A DNA stretch of 63,860 nucleotides, counting the filler, from Octopus bimaculoides (Eukaryota), in NCBI RefSeq assembly GCF_001194135.2. It is 4 parts of 4 records of this genome, joined end to end, with 100 filler letters (N's around TTAATTAATTAA, not from the genome) between each part and the next. Parts side by side here need not be neighbours in the genome. Positions count along the whole stretch, not along the records: positions 56,143 to 63,860 come from NC_068981.1; 3 more parts are not named here. One strand, given 5' to 3'. Positions within the stretch are counted from its first letter, which is position 1. Every line of letters starts with the position of its first letter. The translations under genes and the position numbers were made by a program. The notes under the pieces are model-generated. The model ran no database searches. It saw only the letters and a list, made by a program, of their open reading frames with translations, and had not been told where the DNA came from. Positions 61,201-63,860 of the stretch are shown one piece after another.

Positions 61201-61312
61201 CCGCTCGAATACTCTGGAAGGTACTCGAAAAATAAGAGGTGTTACCTTAGTTCACTGGTACTGAACAGCTGATACTGTAGTACATCTCCAGCGTTAGAAG
61301 CTGTGCAAAGGC
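58211..61312 (+). mobile_element. R4/Dong-clade retrotransposon, distinct family, near full ORF, degenerate
   Basis: GYRQRMYDHW..EQRLCDQAKAI; WKAPGPDGVQGYWIK; DYRKAYD; FQGDCLSPL; FMDDL; AAQEQAL..CRICGQNGETVWHITSQC..HD..VHW; RKPD..IIDIA. Flanked by (AAT)n on both sides. Confidence 0.9.
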
Positions 61313-61327
61313 AATAATAACTACAAC

Positions 61328-61423
<96 letters not shown>

Positions 61424-61798
61424 AATAACAATAGCAATCGGATTTTTATTCTATAATTCTATAAGTCCTGACGGAGCTTGGCACTGGAAGAGGTGAGATA
61501 AATTTATAGATGCCATATTGATATAAAAAATATACTAAACGTATTAAAAAGAAGCGCTGTACAATACTCTCAGCGACACTAGAAAGGTAGACGGTGGTTG
61601 GGATGTCTCTAGCTGGCATCATTCTTCTTTACACTATAAATATGTATACTTACATATACATTCAATACATACATACTTACAAAAATACACACACACAAAC
61701 GCACGCACACACACACACACACACACACACAAATACACACACATTTATATTATATGCATGCATATATATGTATGTATATATATATATATATACATTTA

Positions 61799-61869
<71 letters not shown>

Positions 61870-62184
61870 ATATAGATATATACATACATACATAACATAC
61901 ATACATACATACATACATACATACATGCATACATACATACATACATATGTATATATATGTATTTAAACATGCCTATGTAGACTTATTTTTCATCGAAGTA
62001 AATAAATGAAATGACGTAAGAATTTAAAGTTTTTTTCATTTTTTAAACTTTTGCCATATTTGACAATCATTTTTTTTTGTACTTTTCCTTCCGTCTGCAC
62101 TCCTCTTTCTTTTCCTTCTCCTCCGCCTCATCATCACCATCATCATCATCATCATCATTAACGTCATCATCTTCGTCGTCGTCA

Positions 62185-62200
62185 CCGTTATCGCTTTTTC

Positions 62201-62268
<68 letters not shown>

Positions 62269-62359
62269 CATTACTATAATTATTAATATTATTATTGTTA
62301 TTGTTATTATTTTTATTATTATTATTATTACTTTCATCACCATTTGATGGAAGTCCTCG

Positions 62360-62393
<34 letters not shown>

Positions 62394-62412
62394 AAACTCT
62401 ATTATTATTATA

Positions 62413-62457
<45 letters not shown>

Positions 62458-62493
62458 GTTATTATTATTATTATTATCATTATTATTATTATC

Positions 62494-62525
<32 letters not shown>

Positions 62526-62527
62526 TA

Positions 62528-62606
<79 letters not shown>

Positions 62607-62665
62607 CATTATTATTATTATTATTATTGTTATTATTGCCATTATCATCATTATCACTAATAATA
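62185..62665. repeat. Long degenerate (ATT)n/(ATC)n tract
   Basis: Direct reading. Confidence 0.95.
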
Positions 62666-63201
62666 TTACTGTTATTCCTTTTCTTGTGCTATTATTATCA
62701 CATTACAACTACATATTTTTTTCCTTATTGCAAGATTTTTCCTGGCTAGTTTTTTCTTTTCTATCGATAGCTTTTTTTATCCATTTACATTTTGTTTTTA
62801 TTAATTTTCATTTTATTAGTTTTCTATTGAAATGGTGCCGAGTTCAAAATCAGATTTGTCGCTGCTTCGTGGAAAGTTAAGATCGACAATTGACAGGAAT
62901 CCGATTCAATATGAGAAGAATCGCAGCAAACATCCTCAAAGTTTCCCACTCTTATCATCACCACGCCCCACAAACACACATACACACATATAAACACACA
63001 CGTATATGTATATTTATATATATACATGTACGTATATGTATATACATATATATATATGCATATATGTATATATGTATATCTATACTATATGGATATGTAT
63101 ATATATATATATATNNNNNNNNNNNNNNNNNNNNNNNNNNNNNNNNNNNNNNNNNNNNNNNNNNNNNNNNNNNNNNNNNNNNNNNNCATATATATATATA
63201 C

Positions 63202-63234
<33 letters not shown>

Positions 63235-63235
63235 C

Positions 63236-63270
<35 letters not shown>

Positions 63271-63293
63271 TGTGTACACACACACACACACAT

Positions 63294-63335
<42 letters not shown>

Positions 63336-63559
63336 CCGTGTATGTAGGAATTAACTATTATATTATCTATCGGTTTGTGTATGTATGTGTATGTCTGTGT
63401 GCAAGCGTATGCCTGTATGTGTGTGTGTATATATACTTATTCAGGCATACACGCATATATGCATGTATGTATGTATATATGTATGCATGTATGTATGTAT
63501 ATGAACATTCTCACACACACACACAAACACGTACATACATACATACATACATACATACA

Positions 63560-63591
<32 letters not shown>

Positions 63592-63860
63592 CGCTGTGAA
63601 ATACGTATACATTCAGACGATATATTATATACACACATATCATATCTGAAATACATTATAAATATCTTGACTACACTCGTACACAAAAATAATAGCGAAC
63701 ACAAAAACTTGTACGCATTCAGTCTCGTACTAACACAAACGCATGCAGGCGGAGAGACAAAGTTATCGATATATATTTATCTGTACTGAGCATGCTACAC
63801 GTTCATATATGGAAATATTTGTTCAGCTATGGATGAATACGGGGTGGTTTCGAATGATAA

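Noticed and set aside
62295-62880. Poly-Y/I/L ORFs, and the YI/HT/CV-repeat ORFs elsewhere
   Set aside because: Simple translations of microsatellites.

Overview
AT-rich, gap-ridden eukaryotic scaffold window made almost entirely of transposable-element fragments and microsatellites. The repeat repertoire looks like a coleoid cephalopod, probably Octopus; that is recognition, not a database result. I could not identify any host protein-coding exon. Supported content: a degenerate Ty3/Gypsy provirus with both LTRs and a tRNA-Leu PBS (574-5358); at least six R4/Dong-clade RLE retrotransposon pieces, all co-oriented in (AAT)n microsatellites; a ~550-bp non-coding element that shares that target; CR1, L1/Tx1 and RTE LINE fragments, one RTE family ending in three C2H2 fingers; several tRNA-headed SINE families; and Helitron, hAT, Tc1/mariner, pogo and piggyBac remnants or MITEs. 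The most interesting signals are two minimal hammerhead-ribozyme motifs with the same architecture, one in a tRNA-headed SINE (40859-41090) and one in a Penelope-like repeat (33301-33345, minus). Also notable are the candidate Dong-dependent non-autonomous element, a ~125-bp palindrome with three 10-bp palindromes at exact 21-bp spacing (47313-47440), and a strand-asymmetric pre-miRNA-like hairpin (49786-49842). All alignments and identities were done by eye.
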